Shown piece after piece: positions 9,121 through 19,803 of a stretch of DNA of 64,000 nucleotides (positions are counted from its first letter, which is position 1; the number at the start of each line of letters is the position of its first letter). Below the pieces are notes generated by a model. The model did no database searches. It saw only the letters and a program-made list of their open reading frames with translations, and had not been told where the DNA came from. A program made the translations under genes and the position numbers. Origin of the DNA: Coriobacteriia bacterium (lineage in GTDB: Bacteria; Actinomycetota; Coriobacteriia; Anaerosomatales; PALSA-660); NCBI GenBank assembly GCA_036507895.1, contig DATCIG010000068.1, positions 11,046 through 75,045 on the forward strand, read 5' to 3'.

Positions 9121-9645
9121 CTAGCTGTCGGTCCGCATCTTGGTGCAGAAGGCGGTCGAGCAGTGCTTGACGACGAGTACCGGGATATCGGCGTCGCGGA
9201 CCACCGCTTCCGCCACAGAGCCGAGCATCATCCGCTGCATGCCGCGCCGACCGGTGTTACCGATGACGATGAGATCACAATCCTCATCCTCCGCGACCTG
9301 GAGGATCGCGTGTGCGGTGGCTCCTTCACCGGAGAGCGTTCGAACGGTCACTCCGTTGCGCTCGCCCGCCACTGCGGCAAGGTGCAGGCCCGCAGTGCTG
9401 TGGTGCACTCCCTCGGACTGCTCGACCATCTCCTCTTCGATGGGATCCACCACGTGGCTCGGATCCACGAACAGGGCGATGACCTCGGAGCCGAAGGTCC
9501 TTGCGAGCCCCACTGCCACGTATGTGGCCTCGACGGCGGTCGCGGAACCGTCGGTCGGCACCAGGATCCGACGCGGGGAATAGGAGACCATCCCGATCTG
9601 GTCGTCGGCGATGTTGGCTGCCGTGTTATCGAGTCTGGATGTCAT
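9121..9645 (-). CDS. universal stress protein family protein
   Basis: 174 aa with RILVPTDGS...A and the C-terminal GNTGRRGMQRMMLGSVAEAVVRDADIPVLVV (UspA ATP-binding type G-x2-G-x9-G(S/T)). GGGAGG RBS, 17 nt after the actP stop. Confidence 0.85.
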   Translation of the reverse strand: MTSRLDNTAANIADDQIGMVSYSPRRILVPTDGSATAVEATYVAVGLARTFGSEVIALFVDPSHVVDPIEEEMVEQSEGVHHSTAGLHLAAVAGERNGVTVRTLSGEGATAHAILQVAEDEDCDLIVIGNTGRRGMQRMMLGSVAEAVVRDADIPVLVVKHCSTAFCTKMRTDS

Positions 9646-9662
9646 CTTCCGTCACACCTCCC

Positions 9663-11534
9663 CTAGTCCTTGATGTAGTCGGCACGGAGGCCGAGCTGTT
9701 CGGGTGCGTGCAGCTTGAGCATCTTGAAGTCGGCATCCGCGGGCACCATGGACTTGGTGGCCTTGGAGACGAAGTACATGAGACACAGTGCGAGCGGTAC
9801 GGTCCAGATCGCGGGTTGCGACGTGAGCGCCCCGATCAACGGCGCAGGTGCCGCCACGATGCCCTTGTCCACGAGCATCGAGAACACGACCGATCCGATG
9901 GCACCGGCTCCACCACCTATCATTCCCGCAGCGGCACCGGCCTTCGTCAGGTTGCGGAACCACGCACCCAGGAGCAGGAGCGGGAAGTACGTCGAGGCTC
10001 CGATCGCGAACGCCCAGCCGACGAGCATGTTGATGTCGAAGTTCTCAACGAGCAGTCCGAGGCAGATGGCGACGGCTCCTCCGAACGCGGCGGCGATCTT
10101 GAAAGCCAGCAGCCGGGACTCAGGGCTGGCACTCGGGCGGAGGATCCGGCCGTAGATGTCGTGGGCGAAGCCGCCCGACACCGAGACCAGCAGACCCGAG
10201 AAGGTCGTCATGAAGGCTGCGAACGCGCCGGCGGACGTGATGCCGGTGAGTATCTGACCCACGATGGGGTGACCGAACGCGGTCATGATCTGCTCGGGAA
10301 GGCGGATCGTCACGAGGTCCGTCGCACCGTTCGCGTACAGGGACGGGATGAAGTTTCGTCCCAGAGCACCCCACATCGCGGGGAAGACGTAGAACAGGGA
10401 GAGGAATCCGATGACCATGAGCGTGGTCTTCTTCGCCTCGCGTCCGTCCGGGTTGGTGTAGAAGCGCACCAGGATGTGCGGGAGCCCTGCCGTGCCGCAC
10501 AGGAGCGCGATCACGAGCGAGTAGGTGTAGAGCAACGAGTAGTCGTCGCCGTACTTGGCCGTGAACGGGCCGAACGGGTGCAGCCACTTGTTGCCTGCGG
10601 GCACGTTCGGGATGGTCATGCCAGCCTTGAGGGTGACCTCTGCCCCCTGGGGGAACACGAGCTTCTGGCCGGCGGTGCCGTCGAAGGTCTGGCCCGCGGC
10701 GAGCGCGATGACCGCGGGTACCGGCTTGGGCGCGTCCACGGTCGGCGCAGCGGAGAGCTTCGCCGTGGTGGCCTTGGTGACGACGATCTGCCCGGCGCTG
10801 GTGAACTTGAGTTCGCCGGCCATCGGGTACTTGGTGGAGGTGTCGACCGCGATCTTGGCGATCGGGGTGCCGGTGTCCTTGACTCCCAGCTTGCCGGCGT
10901 CCTTGACGTTGGCGCCGTAGCCGGCCCCGGTGACCGTGAACAGGATGAAGATCGGAACCATGATGGCGAACTGCTTGACCCAGTACTGCATCGCCTGGAC
11001 CAGCGTCACGCCCTTCATGCCACCGAGGATGACATTGAGCGTGATGACCACGCCGACGACCACGACGCCGAGCCAATACGGCGACCCGAGGAGCTGGGCC
11101 AGCGTGATCCCGGCACCCTTCATCTGCGGCATCATGTAGAAGAAGCTGATCGTCAGCGCGAAGACGACGGCCATCTTGCGCATGCCCTTGCTGTCGAAAC
11201 GCCCCTCGGCGAAGTCCGGGATCGTGTAGGCGCCGAAGCGGCGCAGCGGCCCCGCGATGAAGAGGAGCAAGAAGACATAGCCTGCGGCATAGCCCACGGC
11301 GTACCACAGGACGTCATAGCCGAACTTCATTATCATGCCGGCGATGCCCATGAAGGACGCGGCCGAGAGGTACTCGCCTGAGATGGCGGACGAGTTCCAC
11401 AGTGCGTTGACGCCACGTCCCGCGACGTAGAAGTCGGACGTCGTACGCGACAGGCGCGTCGCCCAAACGCCCATGACGATCGTGACGAGCACGATGCCAA
11501 CGACGAAAAGCAGGGGGATTATCTCCACTCCCAT
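9663..11534 (-). CDS. actP: cation/acetate symporter ActP-like (sodium:solute symporter family) with an enlarged central loop
   Basis: 623-aa polytopic membrane protein. DFYVAGRGVNALWNSSAISGEYLSAASFMGIAG and CGTAGLPHILVRFYT are SSF/ActP hallmarks. Preceded by a DUF485 gene, as in yjcH-actP. Confidence 0.85.
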   Translation of the reverse strand: MGVEIIPLLFVVGIVLVTIVMGVWATRLSRTTSDFYVAGRGVNALWNSSAISGEYLSAASFMGIAGMIMKFGYDVLWYAVGYAAGYVFLLLFIAGPLRRFGAYTIPDFAEGRFDSKGMRKMAVVFALTISFFYMMPQMKGAGITLAQLLGSPYWLGVVVVGVVITLNVILGGMKGVTLVQAMQYWVKQFAIMVPIFILFTVTGAGYGANVKDAGKLGVKDTGTPIAKIAVDTSTKYPMAGELKFTSAGQIVVTKATTAKLSAAPTVDAPKPVPAVIALAAGQTFDGTAGQKLVFPQGAEVTLKAGMTIPNVPAGNKWLHPFGPFTAKYGDDYSLLYTYSLVIALLCGTAGLPHILVRFYTNPDGREAKKTTLMVIGFLSLFYVFPAMWGALGRNFIPSLYANGATDLVTIRLPEQIMTAFGHPIVGQILTGITSAGAFAAFMTTFSGLLVSVSGGFAHDIYGRILRPSASPESRLLAFKIAAAFGGAVAICLGLLVENFDINMLVGWAFAIGASTYFPLLLLGAWFRNLTKAGAAAGMIGGGAGAIGSVVFSMLVDKGIVAAPAPLIGALTSQPAIWTVPLALCLMYFVSKATKSMVPADADFKMLKLHAPEQLGLRADYIKD

Positions 11535-11549
11535 GTTGCTACACCTCCC

Positions 11550-11897
11550 CTAGTGTCCGAGGCCGGCGGGCACGGTGGCCGCAGGTCCGTCGTCGTGCTT
11601 CGGCAACGTGCTCGGATCGACCATTCCGAGTGCCTCATCCTCGAATGCGTTCGAGCGCTGCACGAAGACCCATGCCAGCGTGATGAGGATCGGGAATATG
11701 GCGAAGCCGAGGAAGAACCAGCTCACCGTCATCCCCAGGAACTCGGCGTTCATGACGTCGGGCAGGTACCGGTTGAGCAGAGGGACGATCGCGATGATCG
11801 AGACGAAGACCGCTGCGATGCTTGCTGACAGCACGAACTGTCGGCGCATCAGAGTGGTCACGAACTCCCGGCTCATGAGATCCATCTTCCGAGCCAC
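11550..11897 (-). CDS. DUF485 (YjcH-like) small membrane protein
   Basis: ORF 11550..11906 with two predicted TM helices and 15 nt to actP. The start is probably GTG 11897, 8 nt after GGAGGTG; GTG 11906 is possible. Confidence 0.8.
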   Translation of the reverse strand: MARKMDLMSREFVTTLMRRQFVLSASIAAVFVSIIAIVPLLNRYLPDVMNAEFLGMTVSWFFLGFAIFPILITLAWVFVQRSNAFEDEALGMVDPSTLPKHDDGPAATVPAGLGH

Positions 11898-12010
11898 GCC
11901 TACCACCTCCTATCTGTGTCGAACCACCGCCCCGGGTGTCGAGGGCGGCACTGGTGGACATTCCCTATCGGGAACCAGTCTGGGTTCCACTGGAGGCAGA
12001 CGCAGCGAAG

Positions 12011-12051
12011 CGCCCCGTCGTGTGCGCCAGAAGACGGCGGACGGCGGGGCG
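12011..12051 (-). terminator. GC-rich hairpin downstream of ispG
   Basis: CGCCCCGCCGU ... ACGACGGGGCG (10 of 11 bp) with an inner CGCC/GGCG stem, about 70 nt after the ispG stop. Confidence 0.45.
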
Positions 12052-12121
12052 GTGGCGGTGAGCGGTACAAGGGGTGGCGCGATGGAGTGCCCGCGAACGG
12101 CGGCTGCGTGCCGGTGAGCGG

Positions 12122-13186
<1,065 letters not shown>

Positions 13187-13227
13187 GTAGCTGCCCCTGT
13201 CCGGGGCGGTTCCGGCCGCATGGCCGA

Positions 13228-14511
13228 TTACCCCTTGTTGATGACGTACCGCAGGACGTCAGCGTACATCAGGTAGAAGACCAGCGAGAACAGCAGAAGC
13301 GTCCCGAGAGCCGAGAAGGCCAGCGTCACGCGGCGCGGGATCGGCCGGCGGAACAGGCCTTCGATGAGTTCGGTCGCGATCTTGCCGCCGTCGAGCGGAG
13401 GTATGGGCAGCAGGTTCATCACGCCGAGAGAAAGGCTGAGGAGCGCGATCATCCACGCATACGGGAGTGGTCCTTCAGCGACGGCGTTCGCAACCTCGTA
13501 GGAGATACCGACCACACTGCGCGCGCCCTGTATGGAGACCGCGAAGGTGCTCGGGTTCGCGAGTCTCCCGACCGCTGAGAACACCTGTCCCACCATCGAG
13601 AACGATGTTTCTGCCGCCTTCGACAGAGCCATGGGGACGTCGCGGGTGGCGGCCGTGACGCCGAGCATGGCCCCGCCGCCTTCCTTCGCGACGAGTGTCG
13701 CATGCAGCGTGAGCGTGCCGGTGCCGCGCTTCACGTCGACCGTGACGATCTTCCCTGCGGCGGCGGCCCCCATGGCGCTTCGGATCTGGTCCCACTCGGT
13801 GACCTTCACGCCGTCGAGGCCGGTGATCGTGTCTCCTTGCCGGATGCCCGCGATGGCAGCCGGACCTCCACTGCTGACGGCCGCTATGGTCGGGACCGGC
13901 GTCGGAACCCCCCAGATACTCAGGGTCAGGGTCAGGATGAGGATCGCGGCGATCAGGTTGGTGAGGACACCAGCCGAAAGGATCGCGATCCGCTTCCACA
14001 TCGACTGGCCCCGATACACGCCGGTCCGCACACGATCGAGCAGCGCGTCGTCGCCCTCGCCCGCTTCGCGACGGGCCAGCGGGGTCGTGCTGTCGGAGCC
14101 GGTCACCGGCTCGGCCGCGCCATAGTCCTCAAGCGTGGAGAGGAGCGCCGTGGCGCGCTTGGCATCGATGGCGAGGGCGGAAGTCAATCCGAAGACATCC
14201 GTCACCTTCCCATCAGCGACCAGCCCAAGAGCGGCAGCGAGAAGAAGGTCCTCCTGGCCGGGTTCCATGCCCGCGATGCGGACATAACCTCCCAAGGGGA
14301 TCATCGTGACGCCGTAGCGGACACCGCTGCGCTTCGAACGCCACGTGAGCGCGGGCCCGGGCAGACCCAGCATGAAGTCATGGACCTTCACGCCGAACGC
14401 GCGCGCGGCCAGGAAGTGTCCGCCCTCGTGCAGCAGGATCAGCAGGGAGAAGGTCAGGACCCCCCACAGGAGGGCCGCGCCTCCGGTGGGCATCGTCGCT
14501 ATCGGATTCAT
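13228..14511 (-). CDS. rseP: RIP (site-2) zinc metalloprotease RseP/Rip1 family
   Basis: 427 aa with HEGGHFLAARAF (HExxH), a central PDZ-like segment and NLLPIPPLDGG. Sits in the conserved dxr-rseP-ispG context. Confidence 0.9.
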   Translation of the reverse strand: MNPIATMPTGGAALLWGVLTFSLLILLHEGGHFLAARAFGVKVHDFMLGLPGPALTWRSKRSGVRYGVTMIPLGGYVRIAGMEPGQEDLLLAAALGLVADGKVTDVFGLTSALAIDAKRATALLSTLEDYGAAEPVTGSDSTTPLARREAGEGDDALLDRVRTGVYRGQSMWKRIAILSAGVLTNLIAAILILTLTLSIWGVPTPVPTIAAVSSGGPAAIAGIRQGDTITGLDGVKVTEWDQIRSAMGAAAAGKIVTVDVKRGTGTLTLHATLVAKEGGGAMLGVTAATRDVPMALSKAAETSFSMVGQVFSAVGRLANPSTFAVSIQGARSVVGISYEVANAVAEGPLPYAWMIALLSLSLGVMNLLPIPPLDGGKIATELIEGLFRRPIPRRVTLAFSALGTLLLFSLVFYLMYADVLRYVINKG

Positions 14512-14601
14512 GGACTCGCCTGGATCCTCTCGGTCTCGGACGTCGCACGGTGATGTACGCAGACGTTTTGAAGCAAGCGCCCTGCCACTGACGGATCGCG
14601 G

Positions 14602-15756
14602 CTATGCGAAGTGGTCGACGAGCGCTTCGGCTTGCAGGCGCGCGGCCGTGTCGACCTCTTCGAGCTGGTCGAACGATCTGACGGGAGCGGTCACGTGTCC
14701 GTTCATGACCGACTCGACGATGGAGTCTATTCCCGTGAAGGGCAGTCGGCCGAGCAGGAAGGCCGCGACCGCGATCTCGTTCGCCGCGTTCATCGCCGCA
14801 GGCAGGGTCCCGCCTGCTCTTCCCGCCTCGAGTGCGAGCGCGAGGCACCGGAACGTGGAGAGGTCGGCGGGCTCGAACGACAGTGTCCCCAGAGCCGTCA
14901 TGTCCAGCGCGGGGACCGGCGCCTCCCAGCGGTCCGGGTGGGACAGCGCGTACTGGATGGGAACACGCATGTCGGCCGCTCCGAGGTGCGCTTTGACCGA
15001 TCCGTCGCTGAATTCGACCATCGAATGGACGGTCGACTGAGGGTGGACGACGATCGAGATGCGGTCGTAGCCGACGGCGAAGAGATGGTGGGCTTCGATG
15101 GTCTCGAGCCCTTTGTTCATGAGCGTCGCGGAATCGATCGTGATCTTGGGCCCCATCGTCCATCGGGGGTGCGCGAGGGCCTGCTCTACGGTGACCGAGG
15201 CGAGTGACTCGCGGTCACGGCCGCGGAACGGGCCGCCTGAAGCGGTCAACCAAAGGCGTTCGACGCGTCGGTGACTCTCCCCCACCAGGCACTGGAAGAT
15301 CGCCGAGTGTTCCGAGTCCACCGGGATGAGTTGTCCCTCTGCCGCCAGGGGCATGAGCAGGTCTCCACCCACGACGAGCGATTCCTTGTTGGCGAGCGCA
15401 AGGCGCGAACCCGTCCTCAGCGACGCTTCCGAGGCTCGCAGTCCTGCCGCGCCGACGAGCGCGTTGACGACGACGTCGACGTCGTCACGTGCGGCAAGGC
15501 CGGCGACCGCCTCCGGGCCCCGGGCGCAGACCGCGCCGGCGGGAAGGTCGGTCGCACAGGGGGCGGCGGATGGGTCGGCCACCGCCACGTGGCGCACGCC
15601 GAAGCGACACGCCTGTTCGGCCAGGGCTGCGCCGCTTCGGTTGGCGGCCAGCGCTACGATCGTGATCCGGTCCGGATACCGGGCCGCGATGTCGAGCGTC
15701 TGACGTCCGATCGACCCGGTCGATCCGAGTACCGCGACGCGAAGCGGGACCCTCAT
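14602..15756 (-). CDS. dxr: 1-deoxy-D-xylulose 5-phosphate reductoisomerase
   Basis: The track ORF 14602..16899 (765 aa) is a 5'-extended artefact. The real start is ATG 15756 (ATGA overlap with the cdsA stop), giving MRVPLRVAVLGSTGSIGRQTLD..., 384 aa. Confidence 0.95.
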   Translation of the reverse strand: MRVPLRVAVLGSTGSIGRQTLDIAARYPDRITIVALAANRSGAALAEQACRFGVRHVAVADPSAAPCATDLPAGAVCARGPEAVAGLAARDDVDVVVNALVGAAGLRASEASLRTGSRLALANKESLVVGGDLLMPLAAEGQLIPVDSEHSAIFQCLVGESHRRVERLWLTASGGPFRGRDRESLASVTVEQALAHPRWTMGPKITIDSATLMNKGLETIEAHHLFAVGYDRISIVVHPQSTVHSMVEFSDGSVKAHLGAADMRVPIQYALSHPDRWEAPVPALDMTALGTLSFEPADLSTFRCLALALEAGRAGGTLPAAMNAANEIAVAAFLLGRLPFTGIDSIVESVMNGHVTAPVRSFDQLEEVDTAARLQAEALVDHFA

Positions 15757-16661
15757 CGGGCGCCCGCGAACAGAAGAACGTAGTAGGCGACGATCGACAC
15801 CACGATCATCGAGTCGAAACGATCGAGGAAGCCGCCGTGACCCGGCAGGAGCCTCCCCGAGTCCTTGACCTGGACCTCGCGCTTGATGCGCGATTCGACG
15901 AGGTCCCCGAAGAGCGCAGCGATGGCTGCGACGACGCCGATGCAGAGGAACACCCATAGCGGCAGGGCTTTTGCGGTGAAGTTCCAACCGACGCCCCAAG
16001 CGATCGTCGTGGCGATCGCCCCGGCGATGAAACCCTCCCAGGATTTCTTGGGAGAGATGTGGGGTGCGAGGCGATGGGTGCCGACGGCGGACCCGACAAG
16101 GTATGCGAAGACGTCCATCGCCCACACGCCCGCCAGCGTGATGATCACCAGTTCCGCTCCCGAGTCGAGAGCGCGCATCAGCACCAGATGTGCGAGGGCG
16201 AACCCCGTGTAGAGGGCACCGAACACGGTGATCGCGGTGTCCGACGCGCTGATCTGCGGGAACACGATGTGCCAGGCGAGAGCGACGATGATCAGGCCGC
16301 CCATCACGGCGGTGAGTCCCACCGACCCAAGGTCCGCGGCGCTGCTCGCACCGCTCGGCAGGGCCCGGGAGGCGTAGATGCCGACGGCGATGGGCATCGC
16401 GGCAGCGGCGACGACACCGAACAGTTCGTTGGGTTTGCGTCGCCCGGTCCGCATCATCTTGTAGAACTCGATCGCGCACAGCGCGGCCAGAGCGGCGATG
16501 ACACCCGCCCACACCAGCCCGTCGCCGGGGGCGAGCAGGTTCGGCCACAGGTCGGCGGCGATCAGGACGGCGCCCAGACCCACCGCCGTGACGGTACGCA
16601 CGCCGAAGTCGCGCAGCGCGCGTGGTGCGCGTACCAGTTGTCTGATGGGTGCTTCTCTCAC
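15753..16661 (-). CDS. cdsA: phosphatidate cytidylyltransferase
   Basis: 302-aa multi-TM protein with the C-terminal signature SRIKREVQVKDSGRLLPGHGGFLDRFDS. GTGA overlap with the uppS stop. Confidence 0.9.
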   Translation of the reverse strand: MREAPIRQLVRAPRALRDFGVRTVTAVGLGAVLIAADLWPNLLAPGDGLVWAGVIAALAALCAIEFYKMMRTGRRKPNELFGVVAAAAMPIAVGIYASRALPSGASSAADLGSVGLTAVMGGLIIVALAWHIVFPQISASDTAITVFGALYTGFALAHLVLMRALDSGAELVIITLAGVWAMDVFAYLVGSAVGTHRLAPHISPKKSWEGFIAGAIATTIAWGVGWNFTAKALPLWVFLCIGVVAAIAALFGDLVESRIKREVQVKDSGRLLPGHGGFLDRFDSMIVVSIVAYYVLLFAGAR

Positions 16662-17428
16662 AAGCCTCCGAACCTCCGCTCACGTGCCTGGTAGTCGACG
16701 ATCGCCTCGAGCAGGTCATCGCGCCCGAAGTCGGGCCACAGGGTCTCGGTGACGACGATCTCGGTGTAGGCGATCTGCCACAGAAGGAAGTTGGAGACGC
16801 GGAACTCCCCGCTGGTGCGGATGAGGAGGTCCGGATCCGGCACACCCGCAGTATAGAGTCGCGAAGCGACGGCGTCCTCGTCGATCGAAGCGGCATCAAG
16901 TCTGCCCGCTGCGACGTCGGCAGCGATCGCGGTCATCGCGTCCACGATCTCGGTACGACCGCCGTAGTTGAGCGCGATGACCAGATCGAGTGTGTCGTTC
17001 CCGGCCGTGCGGCTCATCGCATCGCGGAACGCATCCGCGGTCCTTTTCGGCATGCCGTCGAGGCGGCCGATGACCCGAACGCACACGCCCTGCTCCATGA
17101 GGTCCGACATCTTGGAGCGGATCACCTCGACGAAAAGCCCCATCAGCGCGGAGACCTCGTCACGCGGCCGGGTCCAGTTCTCGGTCGAGAAGGAGTACAG
17201 GGTCAGGTACCGCACTCCGCACTCGATCGCCGAGGCGATAGCCTCTTCGATCGCCTTCGCACCCGCGCGATGGCCCGCCACGCGAGGCAGACCGCGGTGA
17301 GAGGCCCAACGGCCGTTCCCGTCCATGATGATCGCCACATGCCCCGGGACCCGAGTGGTGTCGAGTCGCGAGTACAACTCCCGTCCACGCGGCGAGTCGA
17401 AGAAAGCGGTGGGGGTCGGCTTCGGCAT
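16658..17428 (-). CDS. uppS: isoprenyl transferase (undecaprenyl diphosphate synthase type)
   Basis: 256 aa with HVAIIMDGNGRWA and RTSGEFRVSNFLLWQIAYTE. Confidence 0.95.
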   Translation of the reverse strand: MPKPTPTAFFDSPRGRELYSRLDTTRVPGHVAIIMDGNGRWASHRGLPRVAGHRAGAKAIEEAIASAIECGVRYLTLYSFSTENWTRPRDEVSALMGLFVEVIRSKMSDLMEQGVCVRVIGRLDGMPKRTADAFRDAMSRTAGNDTLDLVIALNYGGRTEIVDAMTAIAADVAAGRLDAASIDEDAVASRLYTAGVPDPDLLIRTSGEFRVSNFLLWQIAYTEIVVTETLWPDFGRDDLLEAIVDYQARERRFGGL

Positions 17429-17437
17429 GCGCGGAGG

Positions 17438-17994
17438 TCAGACCTCCATTATCTCCAGTTCCTTCTTCTTGAGGAGCTCGTCGATCTGCGCTATGAACGC
17501 GTCGGTCTTCTTCTGGATCTGCTCCTCGGCACGGCGGGTGTCGTCCTGGCCGATCTCCCCCGCCTTGTCGGCCTTCTTGAAGGCGTCGTTGGCGTCGCGG
17601 CGCGCGTTGCGCACGGCTACACGCGCCTGCTCGGCGTAGGTATGGAGTAGCTTGGCGAGCTCCCGGCGACGCTCCTCGTTGAGCGCGGGAAAGGGAACGC
17701 GGATGACGGTCCCGTCGTTGCTCGGGTTGAGGCCGAGGTCCGAAGACAGGATCGCCTTCTCGGCGGCCTTGATGATGGACTTGTCATAGGGCGAGATCAC
17801 GATGAGCTGCGGCTCCGGCGAGGAGACCGCGGCCAGCTGCAGAAGCGGCGTCGGCACACCGTAGTAGTCGACGTGGATCTTCTCGAAGATGGCGCCGGAT
17901 GCCCTGCCCGTCCGGACGCCGGCGAACTCGTGGCTCAGCGCGGTGACGGCCTTCGACATACGTTCGTCGGCCTGGGTGATGATCGCATCGGGCA

Positions 17995-17995
<1 letters not shown>
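17438..17995 (-). CDS. frr: ribosome recycling factor
   Basis: 185 aa, a typical RRF (GVRTGRASGAIFEKIHVDYYG). Its start shares 1 nt with the pyrH stop (TGATG). Confidence 0.95.
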
Positions 17996-18717
<722 letters not shown>

Positions 18718-18795
18718 TCAGTGACCCCCGTCGTTCCGTGACGCTGCCCACCCCGCGTTTGTACGCGGGCGCGGGGCATCTTCCGCCATATTGTA

Positions 18796-18828
18796 GAACG
18801 GGGCGGCCCTCAGTGGACCGCCCCGTTC
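18796..18828 (-). terminator. hairpin after tsf
   Basis: GAACGGGGCGG ... CCGCCCCGUUC (11 bp), 20 nt after the tsf stop. Followed by UACAAUAUGG, whose TACAAT (18790..18795) could serve as a -10 for pyrH. Confidence 0.55.
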
Positions 18829-18847
18829 ACTCAATCGTTGCCATATC

Positions 18848-19732
18848 TCAGGCCTCGGAGCCGGATCCTCCGAGAACCAGACGCTCGAAGCGCACGACCG
18901 ACAGCTTCTTGCCGGTGGCCTTGGAGGCCTCGGCGATGAGCTGCTCGACGGTCTTGTCGGGATCCTTGACGAAGGCCTGCTCGACGAGACAGACCTCCTT
19001 GTAGAACTTCTCCAGACGACCCTGTGCGATCTTGACCTGGATGGCCTCGGGCTTGCCGGAGGCAGCGGCCTGAGCCGAGTAGATGCCCACCTCGTGCGTG
19101 ATCGTCTCCGCGGGGACGTCCTCGCGGAGCACGCAGATCGGCTGAGCGGCCGCGATGTGCATGGCCACGTCCTTGGCGAGGGTGACGATCGCGGGATCGG
19201 TGTGGTCCGAGCCGCCGATCTCGACCATGACGCCGATGCGGCCGAGGCCGTGGATGTAATAGCTGATCATGCCGTCCTCGGGCACGTCGAAACGCACGAA
19301 CCTGGTGACGACGATGTTCTCGCCCAGCTTGCCGACCAGCTCGCCGAGCGCCTGCTCGACCGTGATGCTCGGATTACGCTTCCACTGAAGGCCGAGAAGC
19401 GCCTCAGGGCTGGAGGGCTCGTCGACGGCTACCTGCTCGGCGACAGCCGATGCGAACGTCGTGAACTCGGCGTTGCGTGCGACGAAGTCGGTCTCGCAGT
19501 TGACCTCGACCATGGCACCGACGCGTCCCGTGTGCGTCGTCCATGCCGAGATGACGCCCTCGTTGGTCGCGCGGCCGGCGCGCTTGGCAAGGTCGGCAAG
19601 ACCCTTGGTGCGCAGAACGTCTACGGCCTTCTGTATGTCCCCATCGGACTCCTCGAGCGCCTTCTTGCAGTCCATCATCCCGGCGCCGGTGAGCCCGCGC
19701 AGCTCCTTGACCATGCTGGCGGTGATCGCCAT
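18848..19732 (-). CDS. tsf: elongation factor Ts
   Basis: ORF 18848..19741. ATG 19732 (MAITASMVKELRGLTGAGMMDCKKALEE) lies behind AAAGGGTGG. Confidence 0.95.
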   Translation of the reverse strand: MAITASMVKELRGLTGAGMMDCKKALEESDGDIQKAVDVLRTKGLADLAKRAGRATNEGVISAWTTHTGRVGAMVEVNCETDFVARNAEFTTFASAVAEQVAVDEPSSPEALLGLQWKRNPSITVEQALGELVGKLGENIVVTRFVRFDVPEDGMISYYIHGLGRIGVMVEIGGSDHTDPAIVTLAKDVAMHIAAAQPICVLREDVPAETITHEVGIYSAQAAASGKPEAIQVKIAQGRLEKFYKEVCLVEQAFVKDPDKTVEQLIAEASKATGKKLSVVRFERLVLGGSGSEA

Positions 19733-19803
19733 GTGTACCACCCTTTCTATGCGTACGCGCCCTGCACCGTTTCAAGAAGCGGGACGCTGCCGTTGCGTTT
19801 GTC

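Noticed and set aside
9501-11381. A 626-aa plus-strand ORF antisense to actP. Similar long antisense ORFs lie at 19094..20533, 22342..23976, 35995..37317, 38189..39673, 39463..40896 and 46479..48182.
   Set aside because: Their translations are Arg/Asp/Gly/His/Pro-rich low-complexity strings with no recognisable motif. Each is fully covered by a minus-strand gene with clear family signatures. Long stop-free antisense frames are expected in GC-rich coding DNA.
11907-12121. The 215-nt GC-rich region upstream of DUF485-actP as a possible riboswitch.
   Set aside because: It contains only short hairpins and the ispG terminator. I recognise no known riboswitch core and cannot test covariation, so I kept it as a note under the actP module rather than calling a feature.
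14602-16899. A 765-aa minus-strand ORF that looks like a giant fusion protein spanning dxr, cdsA and uppS.
   Set aside because: Only the last 384 codons are Dxr. The upstream part is an out-of-frame read-through of cdsA/uppS with Arg-rich junk sequence. ATG 15756 with an ATGA overlap to the cdsA stop is the natural start. The same applies to the 5'-extended ORFs 32298..33356, 56908..58182, 58361..59716, 59898..61028, 21668..23146 and 19804..20889.
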